Assembly: GCA_963674755.2 (NCBI GenBank)
Contig: CAXXVS010000001.1
Location: forward strand, 480,001 to 544,000
Direction: 5' to 3'
DNA from: Desulfobacterales bacterium
GTDB taxonomy: Bacteria; Desulfobacterota; Desulfobacteria; Desulfobacterales; UBA5852
DNA length: 64,000 nt
Below, in pieces: positions 1 to 8,006 of the stretch. Made by a program: the position numbers and the translations under genes. The notes beneath the pieces were generated by a model. That model was not told the origin of the DNA. It worked only from the letters and a program-made list of their open reading frames with translations, and ran no database searches. Position 1 is the stretch's first letter. The number at the start of each line of letters is the position of its first letter.

Positions 1-379
1 CGGCGCCCATGTGGGCTTCAACGACTACTACAAGATCCGGATCAATGAACCGAAAAACGTTCGCATCAATGTTACCCATGCAGGCTTGGCAGCGGGCAAA
101 CGGGTAACGGTTGCCCTCTACGACCCGAACGGCACCCTCGTCAGTTCGGAGAATTACGCCGGGAATGCCAACGGCTGCCTTTTCAACTACGACCTCAGAC
201 CGGACTGGGATGACCCTTCCTATCCGGTGCCGTTTCCGGCCGGTGACTGGCGCATCCTGGTCAGCGAATACAGCAGCAACACCAGCGGTATCGGCTCTCC
301 GTCAGCCTATGGCCTGGGAGATCCACCAGCGGCCTATACCCGCACGGATCATTGGATTACAACAGACCTGACGCCCTGA
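1..379 (+). CDS. 3' end of a probable secreted protein (beta-rich C-terminal domain), partial at window edge
   Basis: Open frame with host-like codon usage ending TGA at 379; sequence DYYKIRINEP..VTVALYDPNG..GDWRILVS resembles pre-peptidase C-terminal-type beta sandwiches. Confidence 0.55.
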   Translation, partial: GAHVGFNDYYKIRINEPKNVRINVTHAGLAAGKRVTVALYDPNGTLVSSENYAGNANGCLFNYDLRPDWDDPSYPVPFPAGDWRILVSEYSSNTSGIGSPSAYGLGDPPAAYTRTDHWITTDLTP

Positions 380-504
380 GAACTGCCGCAGGGCCTGGGC
401 TCGATCAGGTCGTCCCAACCAAAGACAAAGGCAGCCTTTATTGTTCGGGTGGCGGCTTACTGCGAGTTGGCGGTTTTCGGATTTTGTCGATCGATGGGTT
501 AGGA

Positions 505-548
505 GAAAAAACGCCCACCGCACCTTCAGGCCAAGGGCGATGGGCGTA
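505..548 (-). terminator. Intrinsic terminator of the Hsp20 gene
   Basis: ACGCCCAcCGC...GCGaTGGGCGT stem followed by a T-run on the minus strand (AAAAAA on plus). Confidence 0.6.
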
Positions 549-589
549 ATCCGTCTACGCGTCTTACATCGGATGGCAGGGTTTGGTGG

Positions 590-1036
590 CTACTCCACGC
601 TGATGTTGACCTGGCGTGGTTTTTCTTCTTCCGGTTTGGGGATGGTGATCTTGAGCACGCCGTTCTTGAAATTGGCCTTGATGTTGTCGGAGCGCACCAT
701 GGCCGGCAGGGCGAAGGAACGCCCGAATTTGCCGAACACGCGTTCGCTGCGGTAGTAGCTGCCGTTGCCGATGCAACTGTCCACCACCCGCTCGCCCTGG
801 ATGGACAGGACGTTGTCTTTCACTTCGATGGCGACCTCCTCCTTGTCCACCCCCGGGATCTCCACAAAGATCAGGATCGCCTCCTGGGTGTCCACGATAT
901 CCACGGCCGGCCGCCAGGCCACCGTGGCATCGGAATCATAGCCGCCCGGCTGGGCAAAGACATCCTCGAATAGCCGGTTGATCCCCTGTTGCAGACTGGC
1001 AATTTCCCGTGCCGGACTCCATTTGATGATGGCCAT
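590..1036 (-). CDS. Small heat shock protein (Hsp20/alpha-crystallin family)
   Basis: WRPAVDI, EIPGV, ER.FGKF.RSF.LP and A.F.NGVL.ITIPK motifs; start MAIIKW preceded by GGAGG. Confidence 0.95.
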   Translation of the reverse strand: MAIIKWSPAREIASLQQGINRLFEDVFAQPGGYDSDATVAWRPAVDIVDTQEAILIFVEIPGVDKEEVAIEVKDNVLSIQGERVVDSCIGNGSYYRSERVFGKFGRSFALPAMVRSDNIKANFKNGVLKITIPKPEEEKPRQVNISVE

Positions 1037-1085
1037 GCTTTCCTCCCGTGTTGCTGGTGCCAATGTCGTTTTCAGATAGAACGAT

Positions 1086-1139
1086 CTAAAATCATTAATA
1101 AATTTAGCTTAAAAATAATCATGGGCACGTTTCTGTCAA
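1086..1139 (-). promoter_or_regulatory. sigma-70 promoter of hsp20 with a palindromic operator near +1
   Basis: TTGACA (1139-1134), 16 nt, TATTTT; 22-bp near-perfect palindrome CTAAAATCATTAATAAATTTAG at 1086-1107. Confidence 0.55.
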
Positions 1140-1383
1140 TGGACCATGAAGAAGGGCCCGATGTCGTAGGATATAGGCGAATCCCTTGTCTCCGGGGTGT
1201 GCATGTGATAAAGGGAGCAGAGTCAAAGAAGAGCTCCAATGGCTGTTCCCATTGGCTTTTCCTGGAGAGCCGGCCTACCCCACCATCCCATACCAGACGA
1301 AGCGTCACGGTGTTTTGGGGCTACGCTAAAACACCGCTGCCTTTTTATAGATATCAAAACGAATTGCGCGAGGCGCTGGTTTT

Positions 1384-1455
1384 TCATTCCCGTGAAGGCA
1401 GGGGATCCACCCACAATGCAACGACGTAGTTTCCTGGACTCTCGCCTGCACTATG
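1384..1455. repeat. Degenerate TCATTCCC-N8-GGGAT-type intergenic palindromic repeat
   Basis: TCATTCCCGTGAAGGCAGGGGATCCA followed by the decayed inverted half CTGGACTCTCGCCTGC. Confidence 0.4.
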
Positions 1456-1518
1456 TCACGATTGAAAAAGTTTTCTCGAGTGTATCTTTCATTGTTTTTT
1501 CTAAAGAAGGGGCGAGTT

Positions 1519-1580
1519 GGGGACGTGGTTGATGAAAAACGTAAAAAAACTTGTTGGTACTCTTTGTCAACAAGATCCCC
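1519..1580. repeat. REP-like palindrome at the left boundary of the AT-rich island
   Basis: GGGGACGTGGTTGA ... TCAACAAGATCCCC imperfect inverted repeat. Confidence 0.45.
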
Positions 1581-1627
1581 ATGATCTCCATTATATTAAA
1601 TCTGTTTCAAGATAACTTGTTTTTGTA

Positions 1628-1840
1628 ATTATCATGCAGCCTGATAATTACGATAATAAGCGCGAAAAGCTGCAATCGATGCACATAAAATTGGGCGGCA
1701 AGAATTGTAGATTCTATATAATCCATTGATAGCCGTAGATTTTGTGGTATTTTTGTCGAAAAAGATGGACAATTGTATCGTATGTATCTTGATACAATTA
1801 TCCGTCAAAAAGCTGCAGCATGATAATATTATAGTTATAC
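1628..1840 (+). promoter_or_regulatory. Candidate integron attI/Pc platform (no integrase gene adjacent)
   Basis: GTTATAC at 1834-1840 is the exact complement of cassette-1 attC inverse core GTATAAC; no compact attC stem precedes it; candidate promoter TTGATA-N16-TATTTT with a TG extension; direct repeat AAAAGCTGCA (1665, 1808). Confidence 0.5.
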
Positions 1841-1852
1841 TCAAAAATTCTT

Positions 1853-2221
1853 ATGGAACTAAAAGAGCCAATCTATAATGGGTTTTACAAATTTAGCTTT
1901 GAGGAAGCATTTTCGAGATTTAGCGAATATTTTGGTCAATATAAGATCAAAAGAGCGAACAAAAAGATTGGTGAAATAATCTTAGAAGCAGCATACCCAT
2001 ATAGTTTGGGTCTTTGGTCTACTTGGATCAAACATATTGTAATAAATATTGAACAAAGAGGTACAAATTTGTCCGAGATCGAAATTTATGGAAAGCCTGT
2101 ATTATCTCCTCATCATTTATTTAAAGAGCTGTATTATCGGAGGATTAGAATAGACATCATTAAATTCAAAGATGATTTTATAAAGTCTTTTCAAGAGTTT
2201 GAATTGCGTCATTTAAAATAA
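1853..2221 (+). CDS. Integron cassette 1, hypothetical protein (122 aa)
   Basis: AT-rich ORF filling the space between the GTT core at 1834 and attC1. Confidence 0.75.
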   Translation: MELKEPIYNGFYKFSFEEAFSRFSEYFGQYKIKRANKKIGEIILEAAYPYSLGLWSTWIKHIVINIEQRGTNLSEIEIYGKPVLSPHHLFKELYYRRIRIDIIKFKDDFIKSFQEFELRHLK

Positions 2222-2226
2222 AGTTA

Positions 2227-2290
2227 GTATAACAAGCGGCTGCTGCAGACCGCGATAGCCCGCCGCGGCTGCAGAGCCGCGACGTTATGA
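2227..2290 (+). other. attC site 1 (64 bp)
   Basis: GTATAAC ... GCGGCT/CTGCAG/CCGCG palindromic arms ... GTTATGA. Confidence 0.9.
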
Positions 2291-2306
2291 AGTTGAATAT
2301 TTGAAT

Positions 2307-2612
2307 ATGAAAATTCCAGAAATAAAAATTGTTCTAAATCCAGAAACTGACGAGGCAAAAAGAGCTATAGGCTTCAAATGGGCTGGTGAGGATAGCGAAG
2401 GTCGCACTGTCGGCTGCCGCCATAAAATTGGAGGAGAACCGGATTGGCTACAATCTGATGAAAGTCCTGATTGTGAGTGTGGAAAAAAAATGGCCTTTTA
2501 CGGTCAATTCGATTCAATTGGTGATGAATTTTGCCTTGGGGACTGTGGGATTATTTATGTATTCGTTTGTTTCGACTGTTTTACAACCAAAAGTATCCTT
2601 CAGTCATATTGA
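2307..2612 (+). CDS. Integron cassette 2, small Cys-rich protein resembling the YwqG/DUF1963 C-terminal module
   Basis: HKIGGEPDWLQ...C.CG..M.FYGQFDS...GD.G.IYVFVC..C motif pattern. Confidence 0.7.
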   Translation: MKIPEIKIVLNPETDEAKRAIGFKWAGEDSEGRTVGCRHKIGGEPDWLQSDESPDCECGKKMAFYGQFDSIGDEFCLGDCGIIYVFVCFDCFTTKSILQSY

Positions 2613-2625
2613 AAAATAAATAATT

Positions 2626-2751
2626 TCATAACCATGCAGTCCAGGTGACAGCCAGGGCCGATGCGTTCGAAGAAAACCGTTATAAACAGACAATTATCAT
2701 CTTTTAAAAGGTCAGTGGAAGCCCTGGCTGCCCCTGACCGCCACGTTCGGT
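2626..2751 (+). other. attC site 2 (126 bp)
   Basis: TCATAAC (complement of cassette start GTTATGA) ... CAGCCAGGGC/GCCCTGGCTG arms ... GTTCGGT. Confidence 0.88.
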
Positions 2752-2759
2752 GTAATGAA

Positions 2760-3242
2760 ATGAAGATTATCATAATTGTCGTTTTTGTCTTAGCAGCTAT
2801 CGGTGTTTCAGCATGGCTATTAACCCATCGCTTTCGACCTATAATTGGTGAGATTGCACCAGCGCATGTTCTCCAAGAAAAATATGGACTGTACGCTGAG
2901 AACCGTCCTGACATCAAACTCAATCCTGAAAATGTCCCAGAGGATCTTCGTATACTCATTCCCCACGCTGAGAAGTGGGGAATAGGTGACGATATTATAA
3001 GAAATGATTTCATCGAAAAAACTAAAGATGGCGAGAAGCAGGAGTTGCACGACGCACTTTACGAACCATATGAGCGGATAACTGCATGGTTGGATAGTTT
3101 TGGCAACAACGCTATGTCTGATGAAGCAGCAGCTTTCATGTACATGCAACTCGCGCTTGATGAGATGGGGATTTACATTCTCGAAGAAAAAAAGATGGCA
3201 AAGGGAAGCACCCAACAAACGAATACACCTGACAAAAAATAG
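2760..3242 (+). CDS. Integron cassette 3, hypothetical protein with N-terminal membrane anchor
   Basis: MKIIIIVVFVLAAIGVSAWLL hydrophobic N-terminus; ORF ends inside attC3. Confidence 0.75.
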   Translation: MKIIIIVVFVLAAIGVSAWLLTHRFRPIIGEIAPAHVLQEKYGLYAENRPDIKLNPENVPEDLRILIPHAEKWGIGDDIIRNDFIEKTKDGEKQELHDALYEPYERITAWLDSFGNNAMSDEAAAFMYMQLALDEMGIYILEEKKMAKGSTQQTNTPDKK

Positions 3243-3279
3243 CTGCGCAATTTTTTGAAGGTGATTCTGGCCGTTCGCC
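3210..3279 (+). other. attC site 3 (70 bp)
   Basis: ACCCAAC ... GAATaCACCT..CAAAAAAT/ATTTTTTG.AGGTGATTC ... GTTCGCC. Confidence 0.88.
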
Positions 3280-3401
3280 AATAAATAATACAACAAGTGA
3301 GGCAATTATGGCTGATGCAAAGGTTCAGAGAGAACTTTCAATAAGAAGTGAATCAGTTCAACGTGTGTTTAATTTCCACATAAGTAGCCTTTTTTATGTT
3401 A

Positions 3402-4516
3402 TTAACCCGGCAATAATAGTTGCCAATTATGCTGCGTAAGCAATCTTAGGATGTTTAAAGTATTTTGCAACGCGCCTTGGCAATTTTTGTAGCATGCGAA
3501 GGTGGCTTAGCGCCTTGCTCTTTAATTGGGATTTTGACCTGGCTGGCGCACCGGAATGAACCCCGGCCTTCAAATCACAGTTCAAATATTCATCTGGATT
3601 CAATTCGGGCGAATACGAGGGCAAAAAGAACAGTTCGATTTTGTCTTTATGCTGATCGATCCAGTCTTTGACAATATGACTATGATGAACTCGCAGATTG
3701 TCCAAAATCAAAAATACCTTTTTGTCGGCATCTTTTATCAATCGTTTGCAAAATTTGATAAAGGTCTGCGAGTTCATTGTCTGATTGTAGATCATGAAAC
3801 GGACTTTACCCTGATTGGTAATCGAAGAGATCAGGTTGACCCTTTCCCTTTTTGCATTGAGCCGTATGGCAGGCGTTTTTCCTCTTGGCGCATAGCTTCT
3901 GCCATGCTGACTGTCGCTGCAAAGCCCGGTCTCATCCCCCCAATTTATCTCAGCGTCTTCTTTCTTGGCCCTGACTGCAATGGCGGGATACTCTTCGTCA
4001 AGCCATTTTTGAACCAATTTTGGGTTCTGTTCATAGGCTCTGCGCAAAGGCTTTTGGGGGGTAAAGCCCCAGCGGTTGAGGTACTCACCTACGGTGCGAA
4101 TCGGCATATTGATGGAAAAAAGCTGCGTGATCAACTGCTGGACAGCCCGACGGGTCCAAAGGGCAAATGGGAACTTGAGTTGATCAGGGGTTTTATCGGT
4201 AATTACCTTTTTCAGCTGCTTTTCCTGCTCTGGATCAAGCGTTCGGCAACTACCGGTTTTGCGCCCCCGTTTCTTTGCCTTAATCGCATTTTGACCGCCT
4301 TTTTCGTAGGCTTTAAATATCTTGCACGCATTAGTGTAGTGAATGCCAACAACCTCACCGATCTCTTTGTAAGTTTTGCCAGCTTTGCGAAGCCTTACAA
4401 CTTGTCGGCGCAGTTGCTCTTGAACCTCTGGTTTAAGCTTTCTGGTGTCTGTTGTTTCCATGCGAAGTACTATACCATACTTCGCAGTATTTTGGTATGA
4501 ATAATCGCCGGGTTAA
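3402..4516 (-). mobile_element. IS630-family insertion sequence (1115 bp)
   Basis: Terminal IRs TTAACCCGGCAATAAT / ATAATCGCCGGGTTAA flanked by a TA duplication (3400-3401 and 4517-4518). Confidence 0.95.
3427..4461 (-). CDS. IS630-family DDE transposase (single ORF)
   Basis: N-terminal HTH, WGDETG, LILDNLRVH and LPSYSPELNPDE motifs. Confidence 0.96.
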   Translation of the reverse strand: METTDTRKLKPEVQEQLRRQVVRLRKAGKTYKEIGEVVGIHYTNACKIFKAYEKGGQNAIKAKKRGRKTGSCRTLDPEQEKQLKKVITDKTPDQLKFPFALWTRRAVQQLITQLFSINMPIRTVGEYLNRWGFTPQKPLRRAYEQNPKLVQKWLDEEYPAIAVRAKKEDAEINWGDETGLCSDSQHGRSYAPRGKTPAIRLNAKRERVNLISSITNQGKVRFMIYNQTMNSQTFIKFCKRLIKDADKKVFLILDNLRVHHSHIVKDWIDQHKDKIELFFLPSYSPELNPDEYLNCDLKAGVHSGAPARSKSQLKSKALSHLRMLQKLPRRVAKYFKHPKIAYAA

Positions 4517-6203
4517 TAACAGGCGTTATCAACGCAAGCTTATATGGACAGAAGATGAAAAACGACAATTTATTGATTCAATCGTAAAAGGATACCCAGT
4601 ACCTATAATTTTGCTTGCTGAAGCTGAGATTGAAGGGAAGAGATCATTTGAAATTATTGATGGAATGCAAAGATTGAATGCAATTGTCGCTTTTATAGAG
4701 GGTGAGTTTCCATATCAAGACAGCTTTTTCGATTTGAATACTATGGTTGAATCTAAATCTTTGTTGGATGATGGAAGTCTCTCCCAAAAAGAGCCTAGGT
4801 TAGCCCGTAGTATTTGTGAATCAATAGCCAGTTATATTTTACCTCTCTCCGTTTATTCGTTTGATGACGCAAGAAGAGTTGATGATATATTTAGGAGAAT
4901 TAATGCCGGTGGAAAACATCTTTCTAGACAAGAATTGAGAGCTGCTGGATCTTTGAGAACTTTTGCAGATATAGTTCGGGAACTCAGTGCTGAAATCAGA
5001 ACAGATGTAAGCCAAAGTACAATTCTACCGCTATTTATGATGAAGGAGATAAGTATCACAGATGTTAATTTGCCATACGGGATACCCGTCAATTCACTAT
5101 TTTGGATCAACAACTCTATCATCACTAAGGAAATGATAAGAGATTCAAGAGATGAAGAAATCGTATCGGATATTGTGGCATCGATGGTCTTAGATGAATA
5201 TCCGGGATCGAGTTCGGCAATCCTTGATGAATATTACGGGCTGAATGAAAGTGATAGAACAAGTGCAGTTGATACCGCATTGCTTAAGCGTCAACTTGAT
5301 AGAATTCGCTATGAATTTCTCCAAGTTTATGATGAGCTGAGGACTATCATTGAAAATTCTTCAAAAACTTTTCAACAGCTAGTTTTTCGTGATCCCGCAC
5401 AAAGGCTACCTCGATATTTTGAAGTTTTATTCTTGGCTATTCACAACTTAATGTTCATTGAGAACAAACGTGTAAGCGATTATAAGGGGCTGATAAATTC
5501 ACTTAGCGGTATTGCAACTCATATTCAAATTACTGCCGGAGGAAATTGGAGTTCAAAAAATAAGACGGACAATATTAATGCAGTAAAAGGTATTATTTCA
5601 CAGCATTTTCAACCAGCGGGGGAAGACGATCCAGGCTCTAAAAAATGGGTCACAGAATTTGAAACAATTCTAATGCAGTCTCGTACAGAGCAAAATTTAT
5701 ATGATTTCAAACAAGGGTTTTTAAGTTTAGATGGTAACGATACTTTTAATACTGCTCTAATAAGCAAAGTTGTAAAGACCTTAACAGCAATGGTTAATAA
5801 GTCTGCGATATCTGTGGGCTATATTTGCATAGGGATTCCAGATAAAGAAGAAGACTTTGAAAGACTAAAAACACTTTTCAATATTACCCCTTATATATTT
5901 CGAAATTTCACGGTTACAGGCGTAAGACATGAACCCGATGCCTTAGGCATCTCGATTGATGAATATTTTAAAAAAATATTGGATTCTATTAAATCAGAGC
6001 CAATACAAGAAGAATATAAGGACATTATTTGTAAAAATGCGCGCCTTATTCAATATTATGATAAAGATATATTAATTTTAAAGATTGTATCGACCGGAAC
6101 CCCTGCTATCTATGACAGTAAATACTATACAAGACATGGTTCGCATCTTCAGGAAATTTCTCCAGAAAATTATTCCCAGTTTTTTTTAACATATCAAAAA
6201 AGT

Positions 6204-6289
6204 GGCGAACAACAGCATTAACTCGGGCTGGTAAAAGCTGCGCGCTCCGCTTTGCAGCTTTTACCAGCCGTTTATGCAGAGCGTTCTGT
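6204..6289 (+). other. attC site 4 (86 bp)
   Basis: GGCGAAC (complement of cassette start GTTCGCC) ... GGCTGGTAAAAGCTGC/GCAGCTTTTACCAGCC ... GTTCTGT. Confidence 0.92.
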
Positions 6290-6298
6290 GAATAGATT

Positions 6299-6757
6299 AT
6301 GAAAATATTGCTTATAGTCATAGCTGCTGTGATATTGGGTATATTTATATTCGGATGTTCGAGAAAAACTGTGGAGATTCCAAAAATTCATGGAAGTCTA
6401 AAAGACATCGAAACTCATCTTAGAAAATTAATGAATAGCGACAACGATTATGCCTTCCTGATAATTGAGATTTCAGGAACAGATGATTTTATTCAAATTT
6501 CAGGCGATAAGAAAAGTGTTCAATTAGATTTTCCTTTGGCAACAGACCGTCAGAAGAATTTAGAATCGAAATTCAAGCAAATTGCAAAGCAACATAATTT
6601 AGATGTCGTTAACAGCAACGGCACAGATGGTACGAGACTCCTTGATATTAATATGCATGGCAGTCCATCTGAAGTTGCGAAGGCTTCAATAAGGTTTATG
6701 AAAGGCCTGTTTGGTGTCAGCGAAAATACAGAAATTGATTTTCAATTAAACATCTGA
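6299..6757 (+). CDS. Integron cassette 5, probable lipoprotein of unknown function
   Basis: Signal peptide ending IFGC; lies between attC4 and the truncated attC5. Confidence 0.75.
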   Translation: MKILLIVIAAVILGIFIFGCSRKTVEIPKIHGSLKDIETHLRKLMNSDNDYAFLIIEISGTDDFIQISGDKKSVQLDFPLATDRQKNLESKFKQIAKQHNLDVVNSNGTDGTRLLDINMHGSPSEVAKASIRFMKGLFGVSENTEIDFQLNI

Positions 6758-6759
6758 CC

Positions 6760-6780
6760 ACAGAACAAGCGCCTATACAA
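6760..6780 (+). other. Truncated attC site 5 (inverse core only)
   Basis: ACAGAAC (complement of cassette start GTTCTGT) + AAGCGCCT, with no matching right arm. Confidence 0.65.
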
Positions 6781-6788
6781 AAGTAATT

Positions 6789-6877
6789 GGGTCAAGTCTG
6801 CCCATGATCCAATTAAATTTCAAGATGAGTCATGAGCAGACTTGACCCCAAGGACTCTGACCCCAAGGACCCCAAGA
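6789..6877. repeat. REP-like palindrome with tandem GACCCCAAG end copies
   Basis: GGGTCAAGTCTGCCCATGA ... TCATGAGCAGACTTGACCC (19 bp, 1 mismatch); GACCCCAAG occurs three times at its right end. Confidence 0.75.
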
Positions 6878-6942
6878 ATGAATCGCTTTACAAATGCAAT
6901 TTGCCTTTTCAAAATGGTTATGCTTTTCAACTTGGAGAAATC

Positions 6943-7848
6943 ATGAAACAATTAAGGAAATTAAATTTTTTAATCAGTGTAATGGCTATGATTATTTTAA
7001 TATTTATTGGTTGTAACGGAACTACTGCCGTGAGGCCGAATGAAGCTAATTATGATCAAAGCAGCGGGAAATTTATTACACAGGATGGATATACCTTTTC
7101 TTATCGATACTATCCAGCGGCTTCAAAAGGCCCCTCGGTTATATTTATCCCCGGGATGGGCGGGCGATCAACATGGCACGGTTCGGGGGCTTATGCACTT
7201 ACAGACGGATTAAACACAATAAATGTTAATTTCATCGGTTTTGACCGTGCTGGCGCATTATCAAGCGGTTCGCAGCCAGAGCACATTCGTAATACAATGA
7301 AGCGAAGCAAAGGTGGCGCTCTGAACTTCCCGACAGTCGACGGCAAAGAATCGGCTGCCCAGAATATTGTCAAAAATGAAATTGCGGCATTGCTCGAATT
7401 CGCCGAATCCTCACCAACACATGATCCTCAGAAAGGGGTGTATTTAATAGGTGGGAGTTTTGGTGCAATGATTGCCTTAGAATCCGTGGCATCTTTTCCC
7501 GATAAGCTAAAAGGGGTCATTTTTGTTTCACCCTCTGTTCTTCCCGTATGGTTTACAGAAGAGACGCAATCCCGGGAAGCAAAATTTGATATAATCAATC
7601 ACTTTCAGTCGCTTGTTAAAGCCTTTGGATCAAGACCCGGTCTTGCAATTGGGAGCGATAAAGACAAGATTTCTACAAAATTCCCAGGTACCTCACTTGA
7701 TGGAGCAAAATTCTTAGAAATTGAAATAGGTGATAATATAGAGGTTTTGGATGTTGATTCATCATTGCATTCTTGGGAACTTATTGGAGGTAACAAGAAG
7801 GTAAGAGATCAAATTGTCCTATGGTTGGAACAAAAAGCAAGTATATAG
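6943..7848 (+). CDS. alpha/beta-hydrolase lipoprotein
   Basis: Lipobox IFIGC; GGSFG nucleophile elbow; IFIPGMG oxyanion segment; C-terminal His (SLH); GGAG RBS. Confidence 0.75.
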   Translation: MKQLRKLNFLISVMAMIILIFIGCNGTTAVRPNEANYDQSSGKFITQDGYTFSYRYYPAASKGPSVIFIPGMGGRSTWHGSGAYALTDGLNTINVNFIGFDRAGALSSGSQPEHIRNTMKRSKGGALNFPTVDGKESAAQNIVKNEIAALLEFAESSPTHDPQKGVYLIGGSFGAMIALESVASFPDKLKGVIFVSPSVLPVWFTEETQSREAKFDIINHFQSLVKAFGSRPGLAIGSDKDKISTKFPGTSLDGAKFLEIEIGDNIEVLDVDSSLHSWELIGGNKKVRDQIVLWLEQKASI

Positions 7849-8006
7849 GCCAAGATCTCGATTGCATAACCTACCTTATCCTTTTGCCGAGGCTGCCTGA
7901 TGCCTCTTTCTCTATCCAATCGTCCTCGGCTTACAGCTTGTCTTTACCATCAGGCTGTCCAACTTTTGGGGTCCACCGCCGTTTAGTTCGATGCAGGAGG
8001 AAATGA

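Larger units (their letters stand above)
3308..6221 (+). pseudogene. Integron cassette 4: DUF262 (GmrS-like) + AlbA_2/Schlafen-like fusion, interrupted after codon 31 by IS630
   Basis: Removing the IS and one TA copy restores MADAKVQRELSIRSESVQRVFNFHISSLFYV-NRRYQRKLIW in frame; DUF262 motifs YQR..W, IIDG.QRL, IF.RIN..G..L; C-terminal E....DFK..., TLTAMVN..GYICIGI.D. Confidence 0.85.

Noticed and set aside
1140..1630. Integron integrase or its remnant
   Set aside because: No ORF with tyrosine recombinase R-H-R-H-Y motifs on either strand.
4452..4496. ORF-track start of the DUF262 protein
   Set aside because: It lies inside the IS630 end; the native start is at 3308.
3556..4500. 314-aa plus-strand ORF inside the IS
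   Set aside because: Antisense to the transposase with no motif support.
6844..6877. CRISPR-like repeats
   Set aside because: Units are 9 bp without spacers and no cas genes are present; the ACP repeats at 51.6-52.4 kb are coding.
6832..6942. DPKDSDPKDPK N-terminal extension of the hydrolase
   Set aside because: Translation of the GACCCCAAG repeats; the signal peptide and RBS point to ATG 6943.
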